64,000 bases of DNA. Source: Candidatus Hodarchaeota archaeon (GTDB lineage: Archaea; Asgardarchaeota; Lokiarchaeia; Sigyniarchaeales; SOKP01). A program made the translations under genes and the position numbers. Positions within the stretch are counted from its first letter, which is position 1, and the number at the start of each line of letters is the position of its first letter. Shown here piece after piece: positions 7,200 to 15,487 of the stretch. The DNA lies in the NCBI GenBank assembly GCA_048887225.1, contig JBHLJY010000003.1, positions 168,395 through 232,394 on the forward strand, in the 5' to 3' direction. Below the pieces are notes generated by a model. The model had not been told where the DNA came from and did not search any database. It was given only the letters and a program-made list of their open reading frames with translations.

Positions 7200-9374
7200 T
7201 TATGTTTTATGGGCCTTCAACTTCACTGTAAGGTCTCTTGCTCGCTTTGAATACCAGACCAATAAATCTCCAGCGTTTTCGGGCTTAAAATATTCGCCAC
7301 CGCATAAAGTTGCAGCACGAGTCATTAATGCGTCATTAGGATTCCCCAACCCAACTATATAAATGACTACATTTAAATTCTCAGAGAATCTCTTTGCTGC
7401 TTCAAAAAACGCATTACCATCAGTAGGTTCACCATCAGTTAACAAAACAATCATGGTTGGCTGATCTGGGGATATTTTTTCAAATTCGTTTAGAATTAAT
7501 TGAGCTTGTTCCATAGCATGTCCCATATTGGTGGCCTGTCCATATGAAGAGGCGATTCTATCAACGATCATCTTCGCAGCCTCCTCTAGAATTCCTTTTT
7601 TACCACTAGCGGAATCCATATAAAATCCACCTCCAAAGGGTAGTACTTGGGCCTCATCAGCAAATCGGATAACAGCAACTTTTTCTCCAAAACCACGACC
7701 AACTTTTTCACTTAGGAATAGAACTGCTGCAAATGCAGCCGAAATTCTTCTTGGGATGTTGATGCCATCCTTGAATTTTTTTAAGAATTCTTGAATTTCA
7801 CGAGATTCCATTGCTGCCTTAATACCCTCAATTGCTGGCGCAATATTAGTTACAAGCACATCACGTGCCATCATGGATCGACTTATGTCAATTATCAAAA
7901 TAGCATTAAAAGGTATCAAACCCAATGGTGATAGGGTTAATGTTGTATTTTTCGTAATTTGAGCTAATATATCACCGGTTAAGTCTGGAACGCAATCAAT
8001 AATAGAACAAGCAATATTAACTGCGTTCCATCTTAATTTAATTCCCTTGAAAATGATATAATTTGAAAGCCAATCCTTTAAAGCTTCTACACTCTGTCTA
8101 GCATTGCTTATAATTTCCCACATATTCTCGCCAGAAATGGGTGAAACCCCTAAAGAAACGCTTTGTAAAGGAATGATTTGTCGTTGATTTTTTGAAATTT
8201 TTACTTCAAAGCTACCAATTCCAGACGCTTCTAAAATTTCACTATCAATAATAATTATATTATCAGGAACTGTTTCTACAACAACAACCTTACCCGCTCC
8301 AATTGCTCCCGTAAGTTCATCTTCGAATGCTAAAACATCATTATTTTGAATTGAAATTGTATGTTGCGTTCTTGGACTTACTTGACAAAAACCATTTAAA
8401 TTTGGCTGCGATTGGACTTCTAATATTATTTCAGACGCTTTTTGAATTGGTGGCTCTGTAGAATATATTACGATTTGTTCAGCTTGAATATTCGTATCTT
8501 CTAATGTGTCTTTGCTCATTCTTATCTCAGTATCGCTAATTTGCGCTTGATCTATTCTCGCAGAACCCATAGATCTCGTTAGAGGGTCTTCCCATGCGAT
8601 CAACATACCTTGTCCAAGGCCTAATTGTTGCAAAACGTTAAGACTTAGTTGTACTCGACCTCCTTCTATGTTATTATCTATAACAGGAGTTTGAATTATC
8701 CCTTTTTTCTGATTTTTTAACATATTTATATCAATCCTATTAGGATAAGGTTCTACTGGAGCTACTGGAGCGATGGTTTCTTGCGTCGGCATTGGTTGAA
8801 GTGTTGATGGTGGTGGTGGCATTGAAGAAGGAGGGGCCCTTATTTGAGGAGGAGGTTTAAACTGTGGTGTTGGAGTAAATTGTGTGGGTGGGGGTATTTG
8901 TTTAGGTGGTGGTGGGTGTGCGGGCAGAGGTGCTTGTATAGGTTGTGTTGGTTTTATAGGTGGAGGTGTTGGTGCGAGCTGAGATGATGGAGGTGGTTGA
9001 GGTACAGGTGTAAATTGAGGTGCAACACTTGGTTCTGGTGGTTGAAGAGACGGTTGAGAAGTTAAAGCGGATTTTGATGGTACTGTAGGTTCGGCTTCTT
9101 GTGAAATAGGTGGAGCTGCGGTGCTTGGTCTTATAATAACTTCAATACCTGTAAATTCTATTTCATCAATGATGTTTTTTGAAATCATCCCAGCAAAATC
9201 TAATGCAGAATTAGAAATTTCAGCAAGAGCAATAGTACTTCTGCCATTCTCTGGATTAATAATTTCTACAGACGATCTTGTTGAAATACCAAGTTTTTTA
9301 GCATTGGACGGACTAATAATTGCTTTATTTTTGGTTTCGTCTTTAATATCTACAAAAATCTTTATTTCTGGCAT
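7200..9374 (-). CDS. von Willebrand factor A (vWA) domain protein with ~120-aa polyproline linker and three AbrB/CDC48-N-like barrel repeats
   Basis: 724-aa ORF. A MIDAS-type motif ILIIDISRSMM plus MIVLLTDGEPTDG sits in the C-terminal domain. Residues ~85-205 are Pro-rich (PPPSSQLAPTPPPIKP...HPPPPKQIPPP...MPPPPS). There are three similar segments of the type ISPSNAKKLGIS / LSLNVLQQLGLGQG / VSPRTQHTISIQ. Confidence 0.7.
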   Translation of the reverse strand: MPEIKIFVDIKDETKNKAIISPSNAKKLGISTRSSVEIINPENGRSTIALAEISNSALDFAGMISKNIIDEIEFTGIEVIIRPSTAAPPISQEAEPTVPSKSALTSQPSLQPPEPSVAPQFTPVPQPPPSSQLAPTPPPIKPTQPIQAPLPAHPPPPKQIPPPTQFTPTPQFKPPPQIRAPPSSMPPPPSTLQPMPTQETIAPVAPVEPYPNRIDINMLKNQKKGIIQTPVIDNNIEGGRVQLSLNVLQQLGLGQGMLIAWEDPLTRSMGSARIDQAQISDTEIRMSKDTLEDTNIQAEQIVIYSTEPPIQKASEIILEVQSQPNLNGFCQVSPRTQHTISIQNNDVLAFEDELTGAIGAGKVVVVETVPDNIIIIDSEILEASGIGSFEVKISKNQRQIIPLQSVSLGVSPISGENMWEIISNARQSVEALKDWLSNYIIFKGIKLRWNAVNIACSIIDCVPDLTGDILAQITKNTTLTLSPLGLIPFNAILIIDISRSMMARDVLVTNIAPAIEGIKAAMESREIQEFLKKFKDGINIPRRISAAFAAVLFLSEKVGRGFGEKVAVIRFADEAQVLPFGGGFYMDSASGKKGILEEAAKMIVDRIASSYGQATNMGHAMEQAQLILNEFEKISPDQPTMIVLLTDGEPTDGNAFFEAAKRFSENLNVVIYIVGLGNPNDALMTRAATLCGGEYFKPENAGDLLVWYSKRARDLTVKLKAHKT
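8760..9125 (-). repeat. low-complexity proline-rich coding tract (GC-rich island inside the vWA gene)
   Basis: The plus strand reads as reiterated ggtgg/ggagg/tggtgg units. On the minus strand these encode P-rich sequence. The GC content is visibly higher than in the flanks. Confidence 0.8.
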
Positions 9375-9597
9375 ATTTTTTCAAATTGTATTCTTTTTTA
9401 AGGAATTATTTAATTACATTAATTTTTTAAGAAATGACAGTAATTAAATTTTGAGATTGTTTTCGTAGATTGAATATATTTTACTTATTCTTCAAATATT
9501 TTTAATGGTATTTAAAAGTTCAAATGGTTTTTATTTTTTTATAAGCACTTAAAAAAGCTTTTCTAAATGCGAGGAATAAATGATTACTATGATTAGA

Positions 9598-9987
9598 TTA
9601 AAGAGCGGGGTATCTTTTACCTATTTCTCCTGCATAATACCTAAAGACAGTGACAACTTTTCCTAAATCTGCTATCTTTCTTGAAGCGCCCATAAGGAAG
9701 AACCGACCAGCAGCGCTAAGTATGATAAATGCGTCCTCACCTCTTAATACTACTTCCAACATATTATGATATCCCATTGTATCAACAGCGTCAGAACCAC
9801 TCTTCATAACAACTGCACTTAAACTTGAGAATAAATCAGGTTCAATTTCATAGCTTGGAATACAGCTAAAGGCCAATTGTAAACCTTCTCTAGTCACTAA
9901 CGCGAGCGCTTCAAGCTCAGTGTGTTCAGTAATATTCCCTAAAAAATTCGATAAGCTTTTAGCCTCGTCTGGAGTTAAACTAACCAT
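9598..9987 (-). CDS. Roadblock/LC7 (MglB-like) domain protein
   Basis: 129-aa ORF with the pattern LSNFLGNITEHTELEALALVTREGLQLAFS ... AFIILSAAGRFFLMGA, typical of Roadblock/LC7. Confidence 0.7.
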   Translation of the reverse strand: MVSLTPDEAKSLSNFLGNITEHTELEALALVTREGLQLAFSCIPSYEIEPDLFSSLSAVVMKSGSDAVDTMGYHNMLEVVLRGEDAFIILSAAGRFFLMGASRKIADLGKVVTVFRYYAGEIGKRYPAL

Positions 9988-10141
9988 TTTAACTTTTTTT
10001 CTAAATTTATGTTCTATTTTAAATAATATTATTATGAGTTTTGAACTTAAAAATGTATAGTTCTTAAGGTAGGATATAAATTACAAATTAGAAAAGGATT
10101 ATTACTCCACAAATTGAATAAAATAAATAGAGTCTAATTAA

Positions 10142-11011
10142 TTATTTAAACTCTCCAAGCTGCGTTTTAATTTGATCTTTAAGGATTTGCTTTTTATCTT
10201 TATATTCAGTGGCTCCTTTCACTTTTTTTGATGATTCACTTTTTAGAAACTCAATGGCGACAATCTTTCCATGCTCGGAAAGAACTCGTGGAGAATACCC
10301 TTCAGCAAAAAAAATACCCTCAGGGATTGATCCTACTTCTTCAATCTTTTTCTCAGTCTGTTTTTTACCTAAGAAGGTTGTAACTTTTTCGACAACCGAA
10401 TATGCGTGATTACCAATTATTATTAATTCTCTTTCATAGCCGTCAGGAATTTTTATTTCTTCTAATTTCTGCATAATTTGATCAAAATCTATTGGCTTTT
10501 CCTCTTGAACATAGCTTTCCATTGATTCTTTACCTGTATATAACGGTCCTATATTAGAAGTCGAAGATTGAATTGTCTTGCTACCCGCTATATTCATACC
10601 TTCGGCAGGGGTAGGTGCTTCAAATGTAGCTTTTTCCCTTAAAGGATGCCCTCCACCTCCACCTGCCGCTTTAGCTGCTTTTTCTTCTTTAATCTCTTTT
10701 GCTATACCTGCTTCTGTTTTCCCTCCAATGACTTTTAGAAACTCATCCGTTTCTTCTGCTTCGTCAAGGGGCACGACAGCATAATGCATTCCAACTTGTC
10801 CTCTAATTTCTTGACTCCTTTTTGCACCTATAAATTTTGAACGGACGGATGATTGTATCCCCTTCCACAGAAAAACTTTTCGAAGATCATCCGCTACTAT
10901 GACGTAACACTCATCGGTTTTTAGAAGGTCTTTAACAGCCCCATCTGAGGTTAGTTCTGTGGTTGTACCGTCTGGATTGATTAAAAAAACCTGTAGGCCC
11001 AATTTCCTCAA
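10142..11011 (-). CDS. gelsolin-domain protein with extra C-terminal domain (1DGelX-like architecture)
   Basis: 289-aa ORF with a TTG start. The N-terminus DECYVIVADDLRKVFLWKGIQSSVRSKFIGAKRSQEIR fits the gelsolin/ADF-H-like core. A Gly-rich linker follows. The C-terminal domain (IPDGYERELIIIGNHAYSV...) is shared with 63310-63966. Confidence 0.65.
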   Translation of the reverse strand: MRKLGLQVFLINPDGTTTELTSDGAVKDLLKTDECYVIVADDLRKVFLWKGIQSSVRSKFIGAKRSQEIRGQVGMHYAVVPLDEAEETDEFLKVIGGKTEAGIAKEIKEEKAAKAAGGGGGHPLREKATFEAPTPAEGMNIAGSKTIQSSTSNIGPLYTGKESMESYVQEEKPIDFDQIMQKLEEIKIPDGYERELIIIGNHAYSVVEKVTTFLGKKQTEKKIEEVGSIPEGIFFAEGYSPRVLSEHGKIVAIEFLKSESSKKVKGATEYKDKKQILKDQIKTQLGEFK

Positions 11012-11164
11012 CTCTTTGGCTAATTTATTTTATTACAAATTACTTTTTTTATTTATATAATAATAGGTTATTTCTTTATAAAATTTTTAATTATAAGAAA
11101 TGTATGTGCTTTCAGATATAATTATTTTTCTATTAAAATCATAAATAAATTTGGGGTAAAATTA

Positions 11165-12730
11165 TTAACTTCTAAGTAAATCTGAGACTGCCGAATTGAT
11201 ATGATTAATCATATCCATGGCTGTAAATCTAGATCCAACTTTACTTTTACAATATTCTCCGAAATAACCGTTTAAAAATGCTGCTGAACAAGCAGATCGG
11301 AAGGTATCATTATTCATCGTAAGAAAACATCCGCATAAACCAGCTAAAACGTCTCCAGTGCCTCCAATAGACATTTCAGGACATCCAGTTTTATTAATTT
11401 TCAATTTTTTTCCATTGCTAATGTAATCGTATGGTCCTTTTACTAATAAAGTGAGGTCTAGCTTTTTTGCTAAATCAAAAATAATTTTTCCTCTCCCTTC
11501 AATATCATCATAAGGAGGTAAATCGATACCTATCATTATTTTTAATTCACCCTCGTGAGGAGTTAAAATAACTGGTTGACCTTTGAGCAAATTAAGATAG
11601 TTACTCACTAATTTTAATGCATCAGCATCTAAAACAAATGACTTTTTATCTTGTCTTAATTTTTCAAGTAATTTAACTAGAAGTTCTTCAGTTTCTTTCT
11701 CTTCTCCTATTCCTGGACCAATAATTATTGAATTAGACCAATCAATCAACCACGAGATCTCATCTAATGCATTTTTATTCAGGAAATCGCCTGGACTAGT
11801 TCTTACGATCATATTTGGGGAATAACTCCTAACTACATCTCCTATAACTTCTGGTGTATAGGTTATAACTAAGTCAACTCCAAAATTAATACTAGCTAAA
11901 GACGAGTATGTGGGGGCGCCCGAGTAATTTTTCGACCCTCCTACTATTAAAATTCTCCCAAACTGCCCTTTATGGGTATCAGATTTTCTAACTTTCAGAG
12001 TAGGAATTAGATCTCCTCTTCCTACAAATAATCTTGCTTCTAGAGGGATCCCTATTGATTTAACGATCATTTCATTAATGTATTTAGTATTAATCTTCAT
12101 ACCTTTCTTAATTCGATGGAAGGTTATAACTAAATCCGATTTTACAGCCTTATCTAAAACCTTACCATTGTCCGGATTTAAACCGGAAGGTACGTCAATT
12201 GAAACGACTTTAATATTTTCTTCTTCCCTTAGAGCATTAATCAAATCTACTGCTGAAGAAATTGGCTCTCTGATGTTTCCACTTATTCCAGTTCCTAACA
12301 AACCATCTATAATTAAATTATATCTTTTTTTCTCTTTAATAAGTGTGTCAATTTCTGTTAATTCAGCCGAATCCATTATAATTTTTATTTGTATTGAATG
12401 ATTAAGATGTTTTGTAATGATATTCCAATTTAAATTTGCCTCTTTAGTTCTTATATTTTCTGGGGCACCTAAAAGGATAACCAATACCTTTATACCATAT
12501 GACGATAAATGACGAGCGACCACAAATCCATCACCCCCATTATTTCCCGTACCGCAAAATATGGCAACTTTAGAATTTTCTTCCAGATTATACCTTTTGA
12601 TGACTTCATTAGCAAAAGAATAACCTGCACACTCCATCAAATAACTTTTTGGTATTCCTAACCATTCTGTGTTATTATCCAAAATCGCAATTTCTTCAGA
12701 TGATATCTTTTCAGAATTTAATCGTTCCAT
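11165..12730 (-). CDS. nnr: bifunctional NAD(P)H-hydrate repair enzyme (NAD(P)HX epimerase / ADP-dependent dehydratase)
   Basis: 521-aa ORF. The YjeF-N motif FCGTGNNGGDGFVVARHL is present. The C-terminal carbohydrate-kinase part has GPGIG ... LTPHEGE ... GGTGDVLAG. Confidence 0.85.
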   Translation of the reverse strand: MERLNSEKISSEEIAILDNNTEWLGIPKSYLMECAGYSFANEVIKRYNLEENSKVAIFCGTGNNGGDGFVVARHLSSYGIKVLVILLGAPENIRTKEANLNWNIITKHLNHSIQIKIIMDSAELTEIDTLIKEKKRYNLIIDGLLGTGISGNIREPISSAVDLINALREEENIKVVSIDVPSGLNPDNGKVLDKAVKSDLVITFHRIKKGMKINTKYINEMIVKSIGIPLEARLFVGRGDLIPTLKVRKSDTHKGQFGRILIVGGSKNYSGAPTYSSLASINFGVDLVITYTPEVIGDVVRSYSPNMIVRTSPGDFLNKNALDEISWLIDWSNSIIIGPGIGEEKETEELLVKLLEKLRQDKKSFVLDADALKLVSNYLNLLKGQPVILTPHEGELKIMIGIDLPPYDDIEGRGKIIFDLAKKLDLTLLVKGPYDYISNGKKLKINKTGCPEMSIGGTGDVLAGLCGCFLTMNNDTFRSACSAAFLNGYFGEYCKSKVGSRFTAMDMINHINSAVSDLLRS

Positions 12731-12836
12731 AACAATTAATTTTAAGATACTGAATTAAAAAACATTTGTTAATTATTACATCTTGAATTATATCATAAAA
12801 AAATGGTGAATATGCATAACTAACTATAAAGAAGAT

Positions 12837-13985
12837 ATGGATGATGCAAAAGAGCGATTAAAAGCCTTTTGGGATCACGAACTCATCGATCGCCCTTGCA
12901 TTTCTTACCGCTATCCTATTTACGGAAAGAAATTACCTAAGGGAACTAATGTGATTGAATACTTTTTTCCATGGTTTATGGCAAAAAATTGGGACGATAT
13001 TCAAAAATTTCTAAAAGATTTTGAGGATATATCAAAATGCTTCTATTTTGGAGGTGAATGCATTCCACGATTATGGCCCAATTATGGTCCAGGTATTATG
13101 GCTTCAGTACTCGGTGTTGAGCCTGAATTCAATCCAAATTCTAAAACAGTCTGGTTTCATAGAGAAACGAAAGTTGATGATATAATTCCATTATTAGAAG
13201 GTGTAAAATTAAACAGAAATAATCCTTGGTATGATCGGCTTCTAAGAATTACAGAATACGCAGCTAAACAAGCGGGAAAAGATTATTGTATTGCTGTAAC
13301 CGATCTTGGTGGAGTTTTAGATATCTTATCATCGTTCTTAGGACCTACAAAAATTATATTAACGATGAGGCGACAACCTGAAATCATTGATACATGTCGG
13401 GTAATTATTCTTGAAAAATTATTAAAAGTCTATGACGATCTTCAAATCATTATAGAACGCTACGGGGATGGCTGCAGTGCTTGGATAGATATTTGGTGCT
13501 CAAAACGCTGGTATCCTATTCAATCTGATTTTACTGCTTTTCTTTCGCCTAAATGGTTTAAAAGATTTGCTTTATCAGATATCATTGCTCAAGCTGAACA
13601 TATGGATTATGCTATTTATCATTTAGATGGTCCAGACGCTTTAAAACATCTTGATTCTCTATTAACTGTAGATTCAATAACAGGCATTCAATGGGTTCCA
13701 GGGGCAGGAAGAGAGCTTGCATGTAGCGATGCTTGGATGCCAGTCTATAAAAAAATACAATCAACGGGGAAGTTTGTGATAATTTATGTTTTTGAAATAC
13801 TAAAATCACTCTCACACTTTTATAAAGTGTTAGATCCAAAACTTCTATTCCCTATTAATATATCTATGGATCCTGTAAAAGCTCAATTCTATTTGCCTAA
13901 ATTTGTTGGTGGGCAAGGAGGTTCTGGAAATTTTGGAAAATTTAAAAGAACAATGCGAAAATATTTGAAGAACAAAAATATTTAA
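12837..13985 (+). CDS. hypothetical protein (possibly uroporphyrinogen-decarboxylase/MtaA-like TIM barrel)
   Basis: 382-aa ORF with an ATG start. There is only weak resemblance to the URO-D family (WPNYGPGIMASVLG), so the function is not supported. Confidence 0.45.
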   Translation: MDDAKERLKAFWDHELIDRPCISYRYPIYGKKLPKGTNVIEYFFPWFMAKNWDDIQKFLKDFEDISKCFYFGGECIPRLWPNYGPGIMASVLGVEPEFNPNSKTVWFHRETKVDDIIPLLEGVKLNRNNPWYDRLLRITEYAAKQAGKDYCIAVTDLGGVLDILSSFLGPTKIILTMRRQPEIIDTCRVIILEKLLKVYDDLQIIIERYGDGCSAWIDIWCSKRWYPIQSDFTAFLSPKWFKRFALSDIIAQAEHMDYAIYHLDGPDALKHLDSLLTVDSITGIQWVPGAGRELACSDAWMPVYKKIQSTGKFVIIYVFEILKSLSHFYKVLDPKLLFPINISMDPVKAQFYLPKFVGGQGGSGNFGKFKRTMRKYLKNKNI

Positions 13986-14007
13986 TTTTAAAAGAATTAT
14001 ATAAAAA

Positions 14008-14153
14008 TGCCGGTGGCGGGAATCTCAGACAGAGCAAAATGCTACTTCCATTTGAGCCCGCGACCTCCAGATTATGAGTCCAGCACATCTAGTCTGACCC
14101 ATTTTTCAGAATGAGTATGTGTCTGGCGCTATAACCAACTAAGCCACACCGGC
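14008..14153 (-). tRNA. tRNA-Met(CAT) (elongator Met or Ile2-type) with two introns
   Basis: Minus-strand cloverleaf. Acceptor GCCGGTG/CACCGGC plus discriminator A. D-arm GCTTAGTTGGTTATAGC. The anticodon arm CCAGA-CTCATAA-TCTGG is interrupted by a 43-nt insert (about 14078-14120). The T-arm GCGGG-CTCAAAT-CCCGC is interrupted by a 29-nt insert (about 14021-14049). The mature length is 74 nt. Confidence 0.8.
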
Positions 14154-14168
14154 TTTTCAATTTCATCA

Positions 14169-14241
14169 AGCCCCCGGCGGGGTTTGAACCCGCGACCTTT
14201 GCCTTACCAAGGCAACGCTCTACCAGCTAAGCAACGGAGGC
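14169..14241 (-). tRNA. tRNA-Thr(GGT)
   Basis: 73-nt minus-strand cloverleaf: acceptor GCCTCCG/CGGGGGC (one G-U pair), D-arm GCTT-AGCTGGTA-GAGC, anticodon arm TTGCC-TTGGTAA-GGCAA, T-arm GCGGG-TTCAAAC-CCCGC. Confidence 0.9.
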
Positions 14242-14252
14242 TCTTTTCAATT

Positions 14253-14270
14253 TTTAGATAAATATCTAAA
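14253..14270 (-). promoter_or_regulatory. candidate TATA/BRE region of the tRNA-Thr/tRNA-Met transcription unit (perfect palindrome TTTAGATA-AA-TATCTAAA)
   Basis: The palindrome has 8-bp arms and lies 12-29 nt upstream of the tRNA-Thr 5' end. That position fits an archaeal TATA box. The AT-rich context makes this weak. Confidence 0.3.
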
Positions 14271-14402
14271 TCATTATTAAATTAAAAATTTTATTTGGAA
14301 ATGATTCGAAAAAAATCAAACTAATTCTTATTTTTTATTAATTTTTAAATTAAGAATAATTAGTATAATTCTCGCTCTGCTTAAGATTATACATCTTTAT
14401 GA

Positions 14403-15356
14403 TTATTGCGACTTACTTAAAATTTTATATGCTACGTATATAAATGATTCATTAATATTTTCTCCTGTTTTTGCTGATGTAAGAATATAATGAAAACCAA
14501 GCTCATCAGCAACAGATTTAATTTCTTCTTCGCTTATTACAATCTTATCTTTTAAATCAGATTTATTTCCTACTATTACAATTGGAATATTAGAGGATAA
14601 GTCTTTTGTAATATCAGCATACCAAGATTTAATACTCTTAATATTTCCTTGACGAGTACGATCTATAACTATAAATGCTGCATTTGCTCCACTATAAAAT
14701 TGAGCTCTATACGGCGCCATAAATTGGATTTGTCCCGCAATATCCCAAATAACGAAAGTTATTTTAGTTTTTTCATTTAAATTATAATCCTTTTTTGAGA
14801 TTTCAACTCCTAATGTAGAAATATAATCATCTTTAAATTCATTTTTAGTAAATGTTCTTATTATAGAACTTTTTCCAACTTGATAATCTCCCGTAATAAT
14901 TACTTTTTTTGTAAAGTCTCCTGTCGAAAGAGTCCCCTCTTTTGTTTTTGAAAGAAATTGAATCGCATCTGGGATTTCAAGAGAAATATCTTCCTGTCCC
15001 TCTAATATTAATTCAATTTTTCCTGCTATGTGCTCTGATAGCACTCTTAATTGAACATCAGGAGTAGATATTTCAGTTATAGCTGTTAAAATTGAATTTG
15101 GTCCCTGCGAACAAAATACAAATTTCTTATCGCTTGTAGTAGTCACATTAAAAAAGTTATTTTCAACACCAAATTCATCTTTTAATTGATCGATATACTT
15201 TTCTACGTAGGTAGAAATTCCACCTATAACAATATCGTCTTGCTCCTCTCCTTCTGAAATAATGACAAGGCCGTCTATATCGCATACAGCTACTACTATT
15301 ACTCCTTCTATATTATTCATATAATTTAATACTAAAGTTTTCAGTTGTTCTTTCAT
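14403..15356 (-). CDS. Roadblock/LC7 domain fused to Ras/Rab-like small GTPase
   Basis: 317-aa ORF. The N-terminus is Roadblock-like (LNYMNNIEGVIVVAVCDIDGLVIIS). The C-terminus carries G1 GDYQVGKSS, switch-I YISTLGVE, G3 WDIAGQ, G4 GNKSD and G5 TSAKTG. Confidence 0.85.
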   Translation of the reverse strand: MKEQLKTLVLNYMNNIEGVIVVAVCDIDGLVIISEGEEQDDIVIGGISTYVEKYIDQLKDEFGVENNFFNVTTTSDKKFVFCSQGPNSILTAITEISTPDVQLRVLSEHIAGKIELILEGQEDISLEIPDAIQFLSKTKEGTLSTGDFTKKVIITGDYQVGKSSIIRTFTKNEFKDDYISTLGVEISKKDYNLNEKTKITFVIWDIAGQIQFMAPYRAQFYSGANAAFIVIDRTRQGNIKSIKSWYADITKDLSSNIPIVIVGNKSDLKDKIVISEEEIKSVADELGFHYILTSAKTGENINESFIYVAYKILSKSQ

Positions 15357-15487
15357 AAAAACACATTAGTTTCAATTAATTTACGAAAATAATAAATTTA
15401 AGCCATTTAAATATAGCTTTTTCAATTAAAATATCCCTCTTATCGATTAATCTTATTTATAATATTAATATTGAAAAAAAGAATGCC

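Noticed and set aside
8760-9125. G-quadruplex-forming potential of the G-rich plus strand in the proline tract
   Set aside because: The G-runs are mostly GG or are separated by long loops (e.g. a 19-nt loop), so no canonical G3+N1-7 fourfold motif exists. Proline codons explain the composition fully.
14078-14120. C/D-box sRNA inside the 43-nt tRNA-Met intron (as in some archaeal tRNA-Trp introns)
   Set aside because: A CTGA (D-box-like) is present. There is no RUGAUGA C box, and the intron is too short to hold a full C/D/C'/D' set.
13986-14402. Integrated mobile element or genomic island anchored at the tRNA pair
   Set aside because: There is no integrase, no direct repeat of a tRNA 3' end and no compositional shift on either side. 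The flanking genes are ordinary chromosomal genes.
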